NCBI GenBank assembly: GCA_948469315.1
Contig: CAOKLQ010000003.1
Location: forward strand, 80,007-144,006
Direction: 5' to 3'
From: an uncultured Clostridium sp.
Lineage (GTDB): Bacteria; Bacillota; Clostridia; TANB77; CAG-508
DNA: 64,000 nucleotides
The notes beneath the pieces were generated by a model. The model worked only from the letters and a program-made list of their open reading frames with translations. It was not told the origin of the DNA and made no database searches. Numbering within the stretch: position 1 is the first letter of the stretch; each line of letters opens with the position of its first letter. A program made the translations under genes and the position numbers. Shown in pieces: positions 34,370 through 43,331 of the stretch.

Positions 34370-35240
34370 TCACACTTTTTTATAAAGATTATGCCGTTTT
34401 TTCATAGTATAATCTTTCTTTTCATTCGGTGTTATATATCCTAAACTACTATGTATTCTTTTGTTATTATACCAACTTTCTATAAATTCAAATATTGCTA
34501 ATCTTGCTTCTTCAAATGTTATGTATCTTCTTTGATTTACTTCTTCTTTCTTTAATATGGCATTGAAGCTTTCCATACTTGCATTATCATATGGATATCC
34601 CTTTTTTACTATATGAATGCTTTATATTTAATGTTTTTAATAACTCTTCATAATCATTTGATGTGTATTGACTTCCTAAATCTGAATGAAATACCATTCC
34701 TTCTTCTATTCCTACATTACATACAGCATTGTTTAATGCTTGTATTACTAAATTTGCTGTCATATGCTTTCCATATGAGTATCCTATTATTTTTAAATCA
34801 TATAAATCCATTACTATTGCTAAATATGTCCATCCTATTTCTTTTGTATAAATATATGTTATATCTCCAACCCATTTTTCCTTTGACTTTATTGCATTCA
34901 AATTTTGTTCTAATAAGTTGGGTTTATTTGTATCATCTACTCTTTTATTTTCAGCATAATTATATTTTTTCACTACTATACTTCGTATTCCTAGTTTTCT
35001 CATCCTTCTTGCTACTCGCTTTTGACTTGTTTTTGTTCCTTTACTTGCTAGTACCTTCTGTATTTTGGGTGATCCATATCTTCTTTTTGATTCAGTATAT
35101 ATTTCCAGTATTTTTTTGTCTAATTCTTTATTATTTTCCTTATATCTGTTTGTTTTGTTATTTTTGTGATAGTAATATACTGAATGATGTATTCCCATAC
35201 ATTTGCATAAAAGTCCTATGCTGTGTTTATCTTTCATCAT
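34370..35240 (-). pseudogene. IS3-family transposase orfB (integrase core), broken by a frameshift in a G-run near 34578
   Basis: 217-aa ORF (..HSDLGSQYTS..) and 68-aa ORF (MESFNAILKKEE..RIHSSLGY) are the two halves of one rve-domain protein. The aaaaaaggg run carries one extra base. A CGG at 34391-34393 in the distal fragment is in frame. Confidence 0.7.
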
Positions 35241-35256
35241 ATCAATAAATTTTATT

Positions 35257-35541
35257 TTATCTTCTATTTTTGTGTGAATATGACCATTGCTTTTTTAATA
35301 TTTCATTTTCTTCTTGTAATCTCATATTTTCTTTTTTTAGTTTTAATAATTCATCATTATTTGTTATTAATCCTGTTTCTGTCTTTACTTTTCCATATTT
35401 TTTTATCCAATTATATATTAACTTTTTTTCTAGGTCATATTCACTTACTAATTCTGCTACTTTTTTCCCTGATTCGTACAAGGCTACTATTGTTTTCTTA
35501 TATTCTTCTGTATAACTGTTATATTGTTTACTCATACACAC
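35257..35541 (-). CDS. IS3-family transposase orfA (HTH plus leucine zipper)
   Basis: 94 aa; HTH region then a heptad Leu/Lys-rich C-terminus; 3' end overlaps orfB. Confidence 0.75.
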   Translation of the reverse strand: MCMSKQYNSYTEEYKKTIVALYESGKKVAELVSEYDLEKKLIYNWIKKYGKVKTETGLITNNDELLKLKKENMRLQEENEILKKQWSYSHKNRR

Positions 35542-35619
35542 TTACCTCTTTTCTGTTTTTATTTTAACATCTTTTTTTGTAAGTGTAAAATTTTGTGTCT
35601 ATATTTCTATTCTAATACC

Positions 35620-35715
35620 ATTTTCACATTCACTAAATGAACTTTTTTCTAAAAATTAAGTACACTTGGTGAACTAAATCTAAAATATTTTATAAAAATC
35701 GAGTACACTCGGTTT
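35620..35715. repeat. partial copy (R0) of the palindromic 16-mer repeat family seen at 40905-41170 and 48580-48760
   Basis: agtacacttggtgaact and aaaatcgagtacactcgg (about 18 nt identical to 41046-41066) abut the IS right end and overlap the stop of the truncated ATPase ORF. Confidence 0.55.
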
Positions 35716-35926
35716 GAATTTCTTCTACATTTACATCATTTTTTTCAATTTTAACTACACCTTTTCCATCGTCAAAAAATATGTCAAGTGCTTCTAAAAT
35801 CGTTGATTTTCCTACATCATTTTTTCCAACAAATACAGTTAAATCATCAAATTTTATTTCTACTTCTTCCCTATATCCTCGAAAGTTTTTTATTTTTACT
35901 GATACAATTTTCATTTTCTTCTCCAT
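35690..35926 (-). pseudogene. N-terminal fragment (78 aa) of an OLD/AAA_15-type ATPase
   Basis: MKIVSVKIKNFRGYREEVEIKFDDLTVFVGKNDVGKSTILEALD is a typical OLD-family or SMC-like ATPase N-terminus with Walker A; the ORF ends inside the R0 repeat, so the rest of the gene is missing. Confidence 0.6.
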
Positions 35927-35934
35927 TCTCTAAA

Positions 35935-36543
35935 TTATAATTTTCTATTTATTTCATCTATCCAACTTTCATCATCACTTTCAAAGTGTTCAACAAACTT
36001 CAATATATTGGTGCTAGAAGTTATATTGTCATCTGTTGATAACTTAGCTACATTTTCCTTCATTTTTTCATAATTACTTCTTTTAATTTTGCTAAATAAT
36101 TCTTTTCTTTGCTCATCTGTAGCTTTATAGTTATCAATGCCAACATACTCCTTTATATACTTACTATTTATAACTTTGCTTTGACTTGTTAATTTTATTT
36201 CAGCAAAATGTGAAAGTATTATTTGCATTGTACATGGATTTCCAAATATTACTATGTCATCTGCTACATCTTCTCCATGAAAGTCATTTATTTTTTGTTT
36301 AATTTCTTTATATTTTTCTGATGGTCCTTTATCTGTATCACAGAATATTAAAACCAAAGAATATGAATCTGATTGATATTTTTCTTGATACCTTGCTATT
36401 ATTGTGTTTATTGATTTTGCATTTACTGTGATAAAATCATATTTGTTGGAAAATATGGCTTTACTTTTTAAAGTCTCAATATAATCTAATTCTTCATATC
36501 CTTCACATATAATGCATATTTTCTTTCCTTTATATTTCCTCAT
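35935..36543 (-). CDS. RloB-like (AbiLii-like) protein
   Basis: 202 aa; N-terminal KKICIICEGYEELDYIETL matches the RloB-like family signature; gene overlaps the upstream AAA ATPase gene by 14 nt. Confidence 0.6.
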   Translation of the reverse strand: MRKYKGKKICIICEGYEELDYIETLKSKAIFSNKYDFITVNAKSINTIIARYQEKYQSDSYSLVLIFCDTDKGPSEKYKEIKQKINDFHGEDVADDIVIFGNPCTMQIILSHFAEIKLTSQSKVINSKYIKEYVGIDNYKATDEQRKELFSKIKRSNYEKMKENVAKLSTDDNITSSTNILKFVEHFESDDESWIDEINRKL

Positions 36544-37780
36544 TATCCACCTCCAATAAGGTAGATATTAAGTCTGGTTCAGGTATTGCTCCAAATTCAC
36601 CTTTAATATATTTTTCTTGTATATTTGATGTATCTCTTACTCCATTTTCTGCATAACTAAATTCTTTTAGCGAATATAAATCTGTTCCATTTTCATCTTT
36701 GTCTGTAAACCATATTTGCTCTTTTCTAAACATTCTCTTGCAGTCTAACAAACTTATATCATGAAGAGTAGCTATTAATTGTGCTTTTTTATTTATTTCA
36801 TTATTAAACATACTGATTATTGCTCTTGTAATTTTAAAATGCAAACTACTATCTAATTCATCAATTACTAATGTTTTGCCTTGTTCAATTGCTTCTATTA
36901 CATAACTTGCAAGAGCTGCAAATTTTCTTGTTCCTAATGAATCAAATATAATACTTGGCACTGCTTGCCCTTTATAAACTGACACAATTTTTATTTGATC
37001 CATAAAGTTTTGATTTTTTAGAATTTTCTCATCTACAACTTTTCCATCTATCTCCACATTTAAGTCTTCAATATACATATAATCTTCCAAATACAAATCG
37101 GCATTTTTAATAAACTCAACAACTTTTTTTGTTTCATCATCTTTATTTTTTAACATTTGTATTGTTTTTGAATTTGGTATTTTATTCATATCTACTATTT
37201 CAATACTATTTGCTATACCTGTTAATATGGTTTTTATTTTTTCTAATATTGGGAATTTTTCAATTTGTACTGTATATATTAAAATATTGTTATTAGAAGC
37301 TATATTTAATACTTTTGCTAATTCTTCATCTTGTGGACATTCATATTTTTCATTAATTGTATCTTTTAAAAATATTAGTTCTTCTTTTTCATTATTATAT
37401 TGGTCTTTAACTATTTGACACATTTTTTCATATATATACATCATTTTTTTATCATCAAATTTATATTCATATAAATACTCTTTGTTATCATATATAAATG
37501 AAATTGCTTCCTCGCAAATATTGCTGTCTGTAAATATATTTGAATCTAAGTGAATTTCCTTATTTAGTAAAGTTCCTTTAATCGCTTTAATACAATTTAT
37601 TAAAGTAGTTTTTCCTGTATTGTTTGGACCATAAATAGCTGTGGATTTCAATATATTTAGGTTATCATTTATATTAGTTACATTTGATGAAAATTTTTTT
37701 GTTCTCATATCTGCTTTTAAACTCATTTCTATAGTATTATTAAAAGCAAAGCAATTATTAAATTTTAAACTTGTTATCAT
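36530..37780 (-). CDS. AAA_21-type ATPase (AbiLi/RloA-like abortive-infection ATPase)
   Basis: 416 aa; Walker A GPNNTGKTT near the N-terminus, Walker B/D-loop LVIDELDSSLH near the C-terminus, and the long insert typical of ABC-like AAA_21 ATPases that pair with RloB-like proteins. Confidence 0.65.
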   Translation of the reverse strand: MITSLKFNNCFAFNNTIEMSLKADMRTKKFSSNVTNINDNLNILKSTAIYGPNNTGKTTLINCIKAIKGTLLNKEIHLDSNIFTDSNICEEAISFIYDNKEYLYEYKFDDKKMMYIYEKMCQIVKDQYNNEKEELIFLKDTINEKYECPQDEELAKVLNIASNNNILIYTVQIEKFPILEKIKTILTGIANSIEIVDMNKIPNSKTIQMLKNKDDETKKVVEFIKNADLYLEDYMYIEDLNVEIDGKVVDEKILKNQNFMDQIKIVSVYKGQAVPSIIFDSLGTRKFAALASYVIEAIEQGKTLVIDELDSSLHFKITRAIISMFNNEINKKAQLIATLHDISLLDCKRMFRKEQIWFTDKDENGTDLYSLKEFSYAENGVRDTSNIQEKYIKGEFGAIPEPDLISTLLEVDNEEI

Positions 37781-37914
37781 AATAAAACCTCCAATTTGTT
37801 ATTAGTATATCATATTTTTATTTTTTATGCAATAATAATGCATAAAAAATATTGTTTATTATATAATATGCCCACTTTCAATTTAAATACACTAATATCT
37901 AAAAAATTGCCGTT

Positions 37915-38128
37915 TTAATTCGTAAATTTTATTCGATTTACGAACTATAACGGCAAAATATTAAAAATACTTACTCTTAAATTTTATATCAAGTATTTAT
38001 ATTTACTTGTCGGAAATCTTCGTAAATACCAAATAATTTACGAAAGTTTCCGACATATTTAATTCCCATATTACTAAAATTAGTGATTTTTCGTAATAAA
38101 GATTTTTGTATTACGAATTTTTCACTTT
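37915..38128. promoter_or_regulatory. array of inverted repeats with TCGTAAAT / ATTTACGA half-sites between the ALDH 3' end and the AAA-ATPase start
   Basis: ttcgtaaatttt-attcg-atttacgaa (37921-37946), tgtcggaaatcttcgtaaat-accaaataa-tttacgaaagtttccgaca (38008-38056, 20-bp arms), tttcgtaataaag..gtattacgaa (38088-38120) and ttttcgtaat (38130). Confidence 0.45.
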
Positions 38129-38158
38129 TTTCGTAATATAACTCTTATAAGTAACTTA

Positions 38159-39526
38159 CTACTTTTCAAATGTAACTACTTTAATGTTGCATAATCCTCT
38201 TAATCCCCATTTTCCACGAGTTCTTCCTAAACCTGATTTTTTAACTCCACCAAATGGATTATAAGGTGCAGAATATGCCAAATTATTGCAAGCTACCATT
38301 CCAGTTTTTAATTCTTTACTTATTTTTTCAAAATCTTCTTTATTTGTAGTAAATACATATCCGCCTAAACCATAAATAGTATCATTTGCAAGTTCAATCG
38401 CTTCTTCTATTGTTTTAAAGCTAACAATAGGTAATATTGGTCCAAATACTTCCTCTTTCCACACTTTCATATCTTTTGTAATATTTGTTAAAATTGTTGG
38501 TTCAAAATAATTTTCTTTTTCTTCTGGTTGTTTTCCACCACAAACAATATTTGCACCTTTGTTTACTGCATCATCAAATTGTTCTAATAAAGTATTAATT
38601 TGCTTTGTATTTACAAGAGGACCTATTGTTGTATTTCTATCAAGTGGATTTCCTATAATTTGTGATTCAACAATATTTTTAAGTTTTTCTACAACTTCAT
38701 CAAATATACTTTCGTGAACAATTAACCTTTTTAATGCATGACATAATTGCCCACTATTTGAAAATTTCTTTTTAAATATTCCTTGAATAACACTATCAAT
38801 ATCTGCATCTTCACATACAATTCCTGGTGCAGAACCTCCTAATTCCATAAGAACTGGAAGCATTTTATTTGCTGCTACTTTATATAGATATTCTCCTGTT
38901 TTTGTATTTCCTGTAAAACAAATCATTTCAATATCTTGTTCTACTAAAAAACTTCCTATTTCTTTTCCTCCAAATACAAACTGCCATACTCCATTTGGTA
39001 ATCCTGAGTTATTCAATAGTTCTTCTAAAAGTTTATAAAGAAGTGGTAAATTAGGATCTGGTTTACTAATTACAACATTACCAACAATTAGATTTTGAAA
39101 AGCTATTGCACAGCATAATGAAAGTGGATAATTAAATGGTGAAATTGCTACAATTATACCTTTTGGTTCATAAAAAATTTTTTGTATTTCTTTATCACCT
39201 TCAAATGTAATCTCTGGAGCAATACAATTCTTTGCATTTTCTAAGTCCCATTTTATATTTTTTAATGTAGACTTTATTTCGTTTTCTGATTGAACAATTG
39301 GTTTTCCCATTTCTAATGATATTAAATTCGCAATTTTATCTATATTTTCTTCAAATTTGTTATATATTTCTTTTAGCACTTCAATTCTTTTCTCTATCTC
39401 CCAATTAGCCCATTTACTTTGCACAGACTTTGCTAAATTTACTTTTTCTATAACTTCTTCCTTTGTAGTTTCTTCAATTTCTCCTAAAACTTCTTTGTTT
39501 GCTGGATTAATAGATATAATTTTCAT
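38159..39526 (-). CDS. NAD(P)-dependent aldehyde dehydrogenase
   Basis: 455 aa; ALDH glutamate and cysteine active-site regions (ELGGSAPGIV ... FSNSGQLCHA). Confidence 0.85.
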   Translation of the reverse strand: MKIISINPANKEVLGEIEETTKEEVIEKVNLAKSVQSKWANWEIEKRIEVLKEIYNKFEENIDKIANLISLEMGKPIVQSENEIKSTLKNIKWDLENAKNCIAPEITFEGDKEIQKIFYEPKGIIVAISPFNYPLSLCCAIAFQNLIVGNVVISKPDPNLPLLYKLLEELLNNSGLPNGVWQFVFGGKEIGSFLVEQDIEMICFTGNTKTGEYLYKVAANKMLPVLMELGGSAPGIVCEDADIDSVIQGIFKKKFSNSGQLCHALKRLIVHESIFDEVVEKLKNIVESQIIGNPLDRNTTIGPLVNTKQINTLLEQFDDAVNKGANIVCGGKQPEEKENYFEPTILTNITKDMKVWKEEVFGPILPIVSFKTIEEAIELANDTIYGLGGYVFTTNKEDFEKISKELKTGMVACNNLAYSAPYNPFGGVKKSGLGRTRGKWGLRGLCNIKVVTFEK

Positions 39527-39675
39527 ATATTATATGACCTCCTTAAAAAAAATTTCTTATAATTTATTTTCTATTCTCATTTAAATAATTTTCTATGTTA
39601 CTAATAATTTGCTTCGTAGCCCTCTTATAGCATTGCTTTGTATCTCCTGTAATCATATCTATGTATATTACATTT

Positions 39676-40494
39676 TCATAGTCTTTTATGTGATATTGGG
39701 TCTATTGTAAATGTTTTTCCCATTAAAACATCTCCAATATATTTTTCATTTTTTAGTATTCCCCTTACGGTTGATTCGCACCATTTATCTCCACCTTTTG
39801 GAGTTTTTATTCCTTTAGCTGTTAGTTCTTTTGCTATGGTACTTGATCCTATTCCTTCTACATATCTTTCAAACATATATCTAACAATATTTGCTTCTTC
39901 TTCATTGATTGTTATTTCTTTTGTTTCAAGATTGTAGTTATATCCATAACAACCATTATAGCCAATTAATTCTCCTCTATCTTTCTTCATTTTTAATCCT
40001 AATAGAACATGTGAAGATATATTCTCGCTTTCTTGTTGTGCCATTGCACTTAGTAGTGTTAATACTAGTTCTCCTTGACCTGAACCTGTATTGATATTTT
40101 CTTCTTCAAATAGTATTGCAACATTTTTCTCTTTTAGCATTCTTACATATTTCAAAGTATCTAATGTGTTTCTAGCAAATCTTGATATTGATTTTGTTAG
40201 TATCATATCAATTTTACCTTCCATGCTATCCTGTATCATTTTCATAAAGTTTGTTCTTTTAAAATCTAATGTTCCAGATATTGCTTCATCTGCATATATT
40301 CCAGCAAATTGCCATTCTGATTTGCTATTTATTTTTTCATCATAATACTTTAATTGTGATTGATAACTATTTAATTGTTCTTCACCCGCTGTGCTTACTC
40401 TACAATATGCACATACTCTTAGTCTTTCTTTTATTGTTGTTCCTGTTACTCTGTTGATTCTTCCGTTTGTTTTCTCTATGACTTGAATTTCCAT
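39676..40494 (-). pseudogene. large serine recombinase, C-terminally truncated copy
   Basis: 272 aa about 70% identical to the N-terminal 275 aa of the 574-aa recombinase at 46412-48136 (catalytic CAYCRVST Ser motif, GYNGCYGY); ends at ..IDPISHKRL where the full copy continues into its zinc-ribbon and coiled-coil domains. Confidence 0.7.
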
Positions 40495-40565
40495 CTTTCC
40501 TCCATTCCGCCTAGAGATAAAACTTAATAATTTTATATCATTTTTTAGGTAAAAAGTAAATTGAA

Positions 40566-40743
40566 TTTATAAAAGTTTGTAATCTTTTAATATTTTTCTT
40601 TTTATTTCTTGTTGCTCCGAATCTAGTATTAAGTTTTCTCTAAACAGATTATTTAAAAGTGATAGTTCCACGCTACAATTTAGCATAGTATTATCTTTTA
40701 ATTGTTTAGAGTTATCTACTTCTATTTCATAATCATGTAGCAT
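40566..40743 (-). CDS. small conserved protein (59 aa) upstream of the truncated recombinase
   Basis: MLHDYEIEVDNSKQLKDNTMLNCSVELSLLNNLF.. is homologous to the 61-aa ORF at 48204-48389 (MLYEINFDNTKNIKLNEKIFNCSIKIAILNKTF..), which sits in the same position before the intact recombinase; below the ORF-track length cutoff. Confidence 0.5.
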
Positions 40744-40904
40744 GAAATTTCTCCTTTTCCTTTAAATTTGAAAAGAAAAAGAGCAGAGAAATTAGTTTTT
40801 AAGCTAATCTCTTTGCTCTTTCTTTTTCATGCTATCATTATATTATTGTGTTTTTATAAAATCAATTCCCTTTTTATTCCCTATTTTCTATTTCTAATAT
40901 AATT

Positions 40905-41300
40905 TTTAATAAGTACACTAAGTGAACTAAAAAAAATATGATTTGAAATCACAAGTTCACTAAGTGTACTTATAAAATTTAGATTTAGTTCACTTGGTGT
41001 ACTTGAAAACTTTTTACTCTTTTCACATTCACTTAGTGAACTTACTTTATGAAAATCGAGTACACTCGGTGAACTTTTGCCTAAAATGAGTGAACTTTTT
41101 TAAATTTTTAGTTCACCATTTTCAATTTTAACGAAGAATAGCGGGTTTGAGCCTGTTCACTCGGTGAATTTTTACATCATATTTGCTTAAAATTTTTGTT
41201 TCTTTATTAACTCTTGAAGGCTTGTCCTTCAATGTGTGTAAGCGATATGTTAATACCGCTTTCCTGCCCTCATTTCTAATGAGGTATTTTGAGTTTTAAT
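40905..41300. repeat. R1: array of palindromic 16-mers (GTWCACT-NR-GTGWAC) plus a conserved ~85-nt block with hairpin
   Basis: Six copies (agtacactaagtgaact, agttcactaagtgtact, agttcacttggtgtact, ttcacttagtgaact, gagtacactcggtgaact, gttcactcggtgaat). The block gcttaaaatttttgtt..cttgaaggcttgtccttcaatgtgt..cgctttcctgcc is about 90% identical to 48783-48865. Confidence 0.7.
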
Positions 41301-41476
41301 AGTGCTTATGTCTACTTAGTTAAATATACTTATCCTTAAATCCTCTTAATTGAAAAATAATGTGCTTTTAAAATTAAGTCAAGGTTGTGCGACAGCACAT
41401 TCACTTTAACCTTGACTTGATTTTATAAGGCACATTAGAATTATTACATATGATTTAAGTATTTTTATAATTTGCT

Positions 41477-42865
41477 TTATACTACTCTTATATGTAAATA
41501 TTTTCCATTATCATTTATTCCTTTATTTATATTAATATTTTTATATGTAAATTCATTTTTGTTATTTTCTTTCATTTTTTTTATACATTCAAAAAAATTA
41601 TTATTATTAAATTGTTCTACAAAATCATTTTCGTGTTTATCTGGTACAAAAATAATAGTATACTCTTTTAATTTCTCTTTTCCTTCAAAATATCCTATCA
41701 ATTCAAATAATTCATAAAGTATATTTATTGTCATTTCAGTATTATTTAATGTTTTCATAAGTGGACCTGTATATCTCATTAACTTTATATTATACATATC
41801 ATCTACAAGCTGCCTTTTTTCAATATTATATTTATTTAAAATATAATCAAAATCCATAGTTAACTTTTCAACTTTATTTTCTCCTACTATATCGCAAATT
41901 CTTTCAATAGCTACTATTTCTTTATTTCGGGTTGTTTTTTCACCATAAGTAATTTGTTTAAAGAAATTAAAACAATCCTTTATTCTTTCGTATTTTTCTA
42001 TGTTCATCAAACTTTCATCAACTGCAATTACATCTGCATATGCTAATAACCATAAAATTTGAGGAATCTCGCTTTTTATATCATCAATTTTAGGTAATTC
42101 TGATAGTAATTTTTCATATTCATTTTGTACATATAAATCACTACTTTCAGATGATAAAGATGTTATTAAAGTATGATATTTTATAATTTCTTTTAAAATT
42201 TTTGTAAAATCTTTTAAATTCAATGACATTTTTGACTTGTCAATTCCTATTTCACTCAAAACTTTTGTTACAAATTTAGCACCTAATTTATCATGAAATT
42301 TTATATCTTCTATAACACCAATGTCATGAATTAATGTAAAAACTTTCAACAAAAGTTTTGATTCTTTGTTTAATTTATTATATATATCATGAAGTTCTCT
42401 TATTTGTTTTATATTCTCTTTATTTCCATTAAAGTTTACTAATTCTTTATTATATGCGATATTATAGTTTACAATTTGATATACATATAAACTATGTGCC
42501 ATCCAGCCATTTAATTTATATGTATTTATTCCTCCACGAATTATTTTATTTTCTTGCTTTAAAGTATCACTAATCCTATCAATGTAATTCTCTCCATTCT
42601 CATATTTACTATATAAAATCCATAAATACTTAGAAGATTTTTCGCTTTTTAAAATATTTATAAAATTACATTTTAATACATTAATATCAATATGTACATT
42701 ATATAATAATTCATCTAACTCTTTCGCTTTTTGTTTTTTTATCAAATTACTCTCATCATCTGTTTTAGCTTTTTTCAATTGTATTCCTGTTTCTCTATAA
42801 AACTTATCATAATTAAAATTTAATTGCTTTTCAGTTACATTCTTTATTCCATAAGCCTCTAACAT
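41477..42865 (-). CDS. orphan HD-domain protein of unknown function
   Basis: About 462 aa from MLEAYGIK after a GGAGG RBS; central HD motif (KVFTLIHDIGVIEDIKFHDKLGAKF) and a later LLAYADVIAVDE; no other recognisable domain. Confidence 0.55.
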   Translation of the reverse strand: MLEAYGIKNVTEKQLNFNYDKFYRETGIQLKKAKTDDESNLIKKQKAKELDELLYNVHIDINVLKCNFINILKSEKSSKYLWILYSKYENGENYIDRISDTLKQENKIIRGGINTYKLNGWMAHSLYVYQIVNYNIAYNKELVNFNGNKENIKQIRELHDIYNKLNKESKLLLKVFTLIHDIGVIEDIKFHDKLGAKFVTKVLSEIGIDKSKMSLNLKDFTKILKEIIKYHTLITSLSSESSDLYVQNEYEKLLSELPKIDDIKSEIPQILWLLAYADVIAVDESLMNIEKYERIKDCFNFFKQITYGEKTTRNKEIVAIERICDIVGENKVEKLTMDFDYILNKYNIEKRQLVDDMYNIKLMRYTGPLMKTLNNTEMTINILYELFELIGYFEGKEKLKEYTIIFVPDKHENDFVEQFNNNNFFECIKKMKENNKNEFTYKNININKGINDNGKYLHIRVV

Positions 42866-43331
42866 AATTTCTTTCCTCCGTATTAAAATAAGTATTTGTT
42901 CACATTTTATCACACATTAATCAAAAAATAAAGCATATAACAAATCAAATTATTACATACTTTACATTTTAAGTTTTACCTCTAAACATTCATATATTTT
43001 AATAAACAATTATACTACTCCGCACACCATATCAACTTCTATCGTTACCCTAATTTTATTATTTTCTACTCGTTTAATCTTATTTTTGCCTTTTCTCTCA
43101 AAACTAATAAAATCCTCAAAAGCAGTAAACTCAACTATTGTATCGTATCTTTTAGATATAGCACCGAGCAACACTCCACGTGCGTGGTGGTCACTCCGTT
43201 GAATAGTAGCCCTCAATGTGGTATCCTGACGGTTGATAGGTCAAAAGTAAAAGTTCTATATTCTCTTTTATTAAGTTTCTTATAGTATCAAATCTTAAAA
43301 TACTTAATGTTGACATTTTCAATTTACTAGT

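Larger units (their letters stand above)
34338..35625 (-). mobile_element. IS3-family insertion sequence (orfA plus frameshifted orfB)
   Basis: orfA and orfB overlap with an A6G slippery heptamer; DDE integrase core in orfB; imperfect terminal inverted repeats (..tagacacatattttcacac.. at left, reverse-complement ..tagacacaaaattttacac.. at right); inserted between the tRNA cluster and the accessory island. Confidence 0.75.

Noticed and set aside
43010-43216. 68-aa ORF in the GC-rich patch as a real gene
   Set aside because: It needs a TTG start, has no RBS and resembles no family; more likely a remnant or non-coding element. Reported only as an anomaly within the HD-protein finding.
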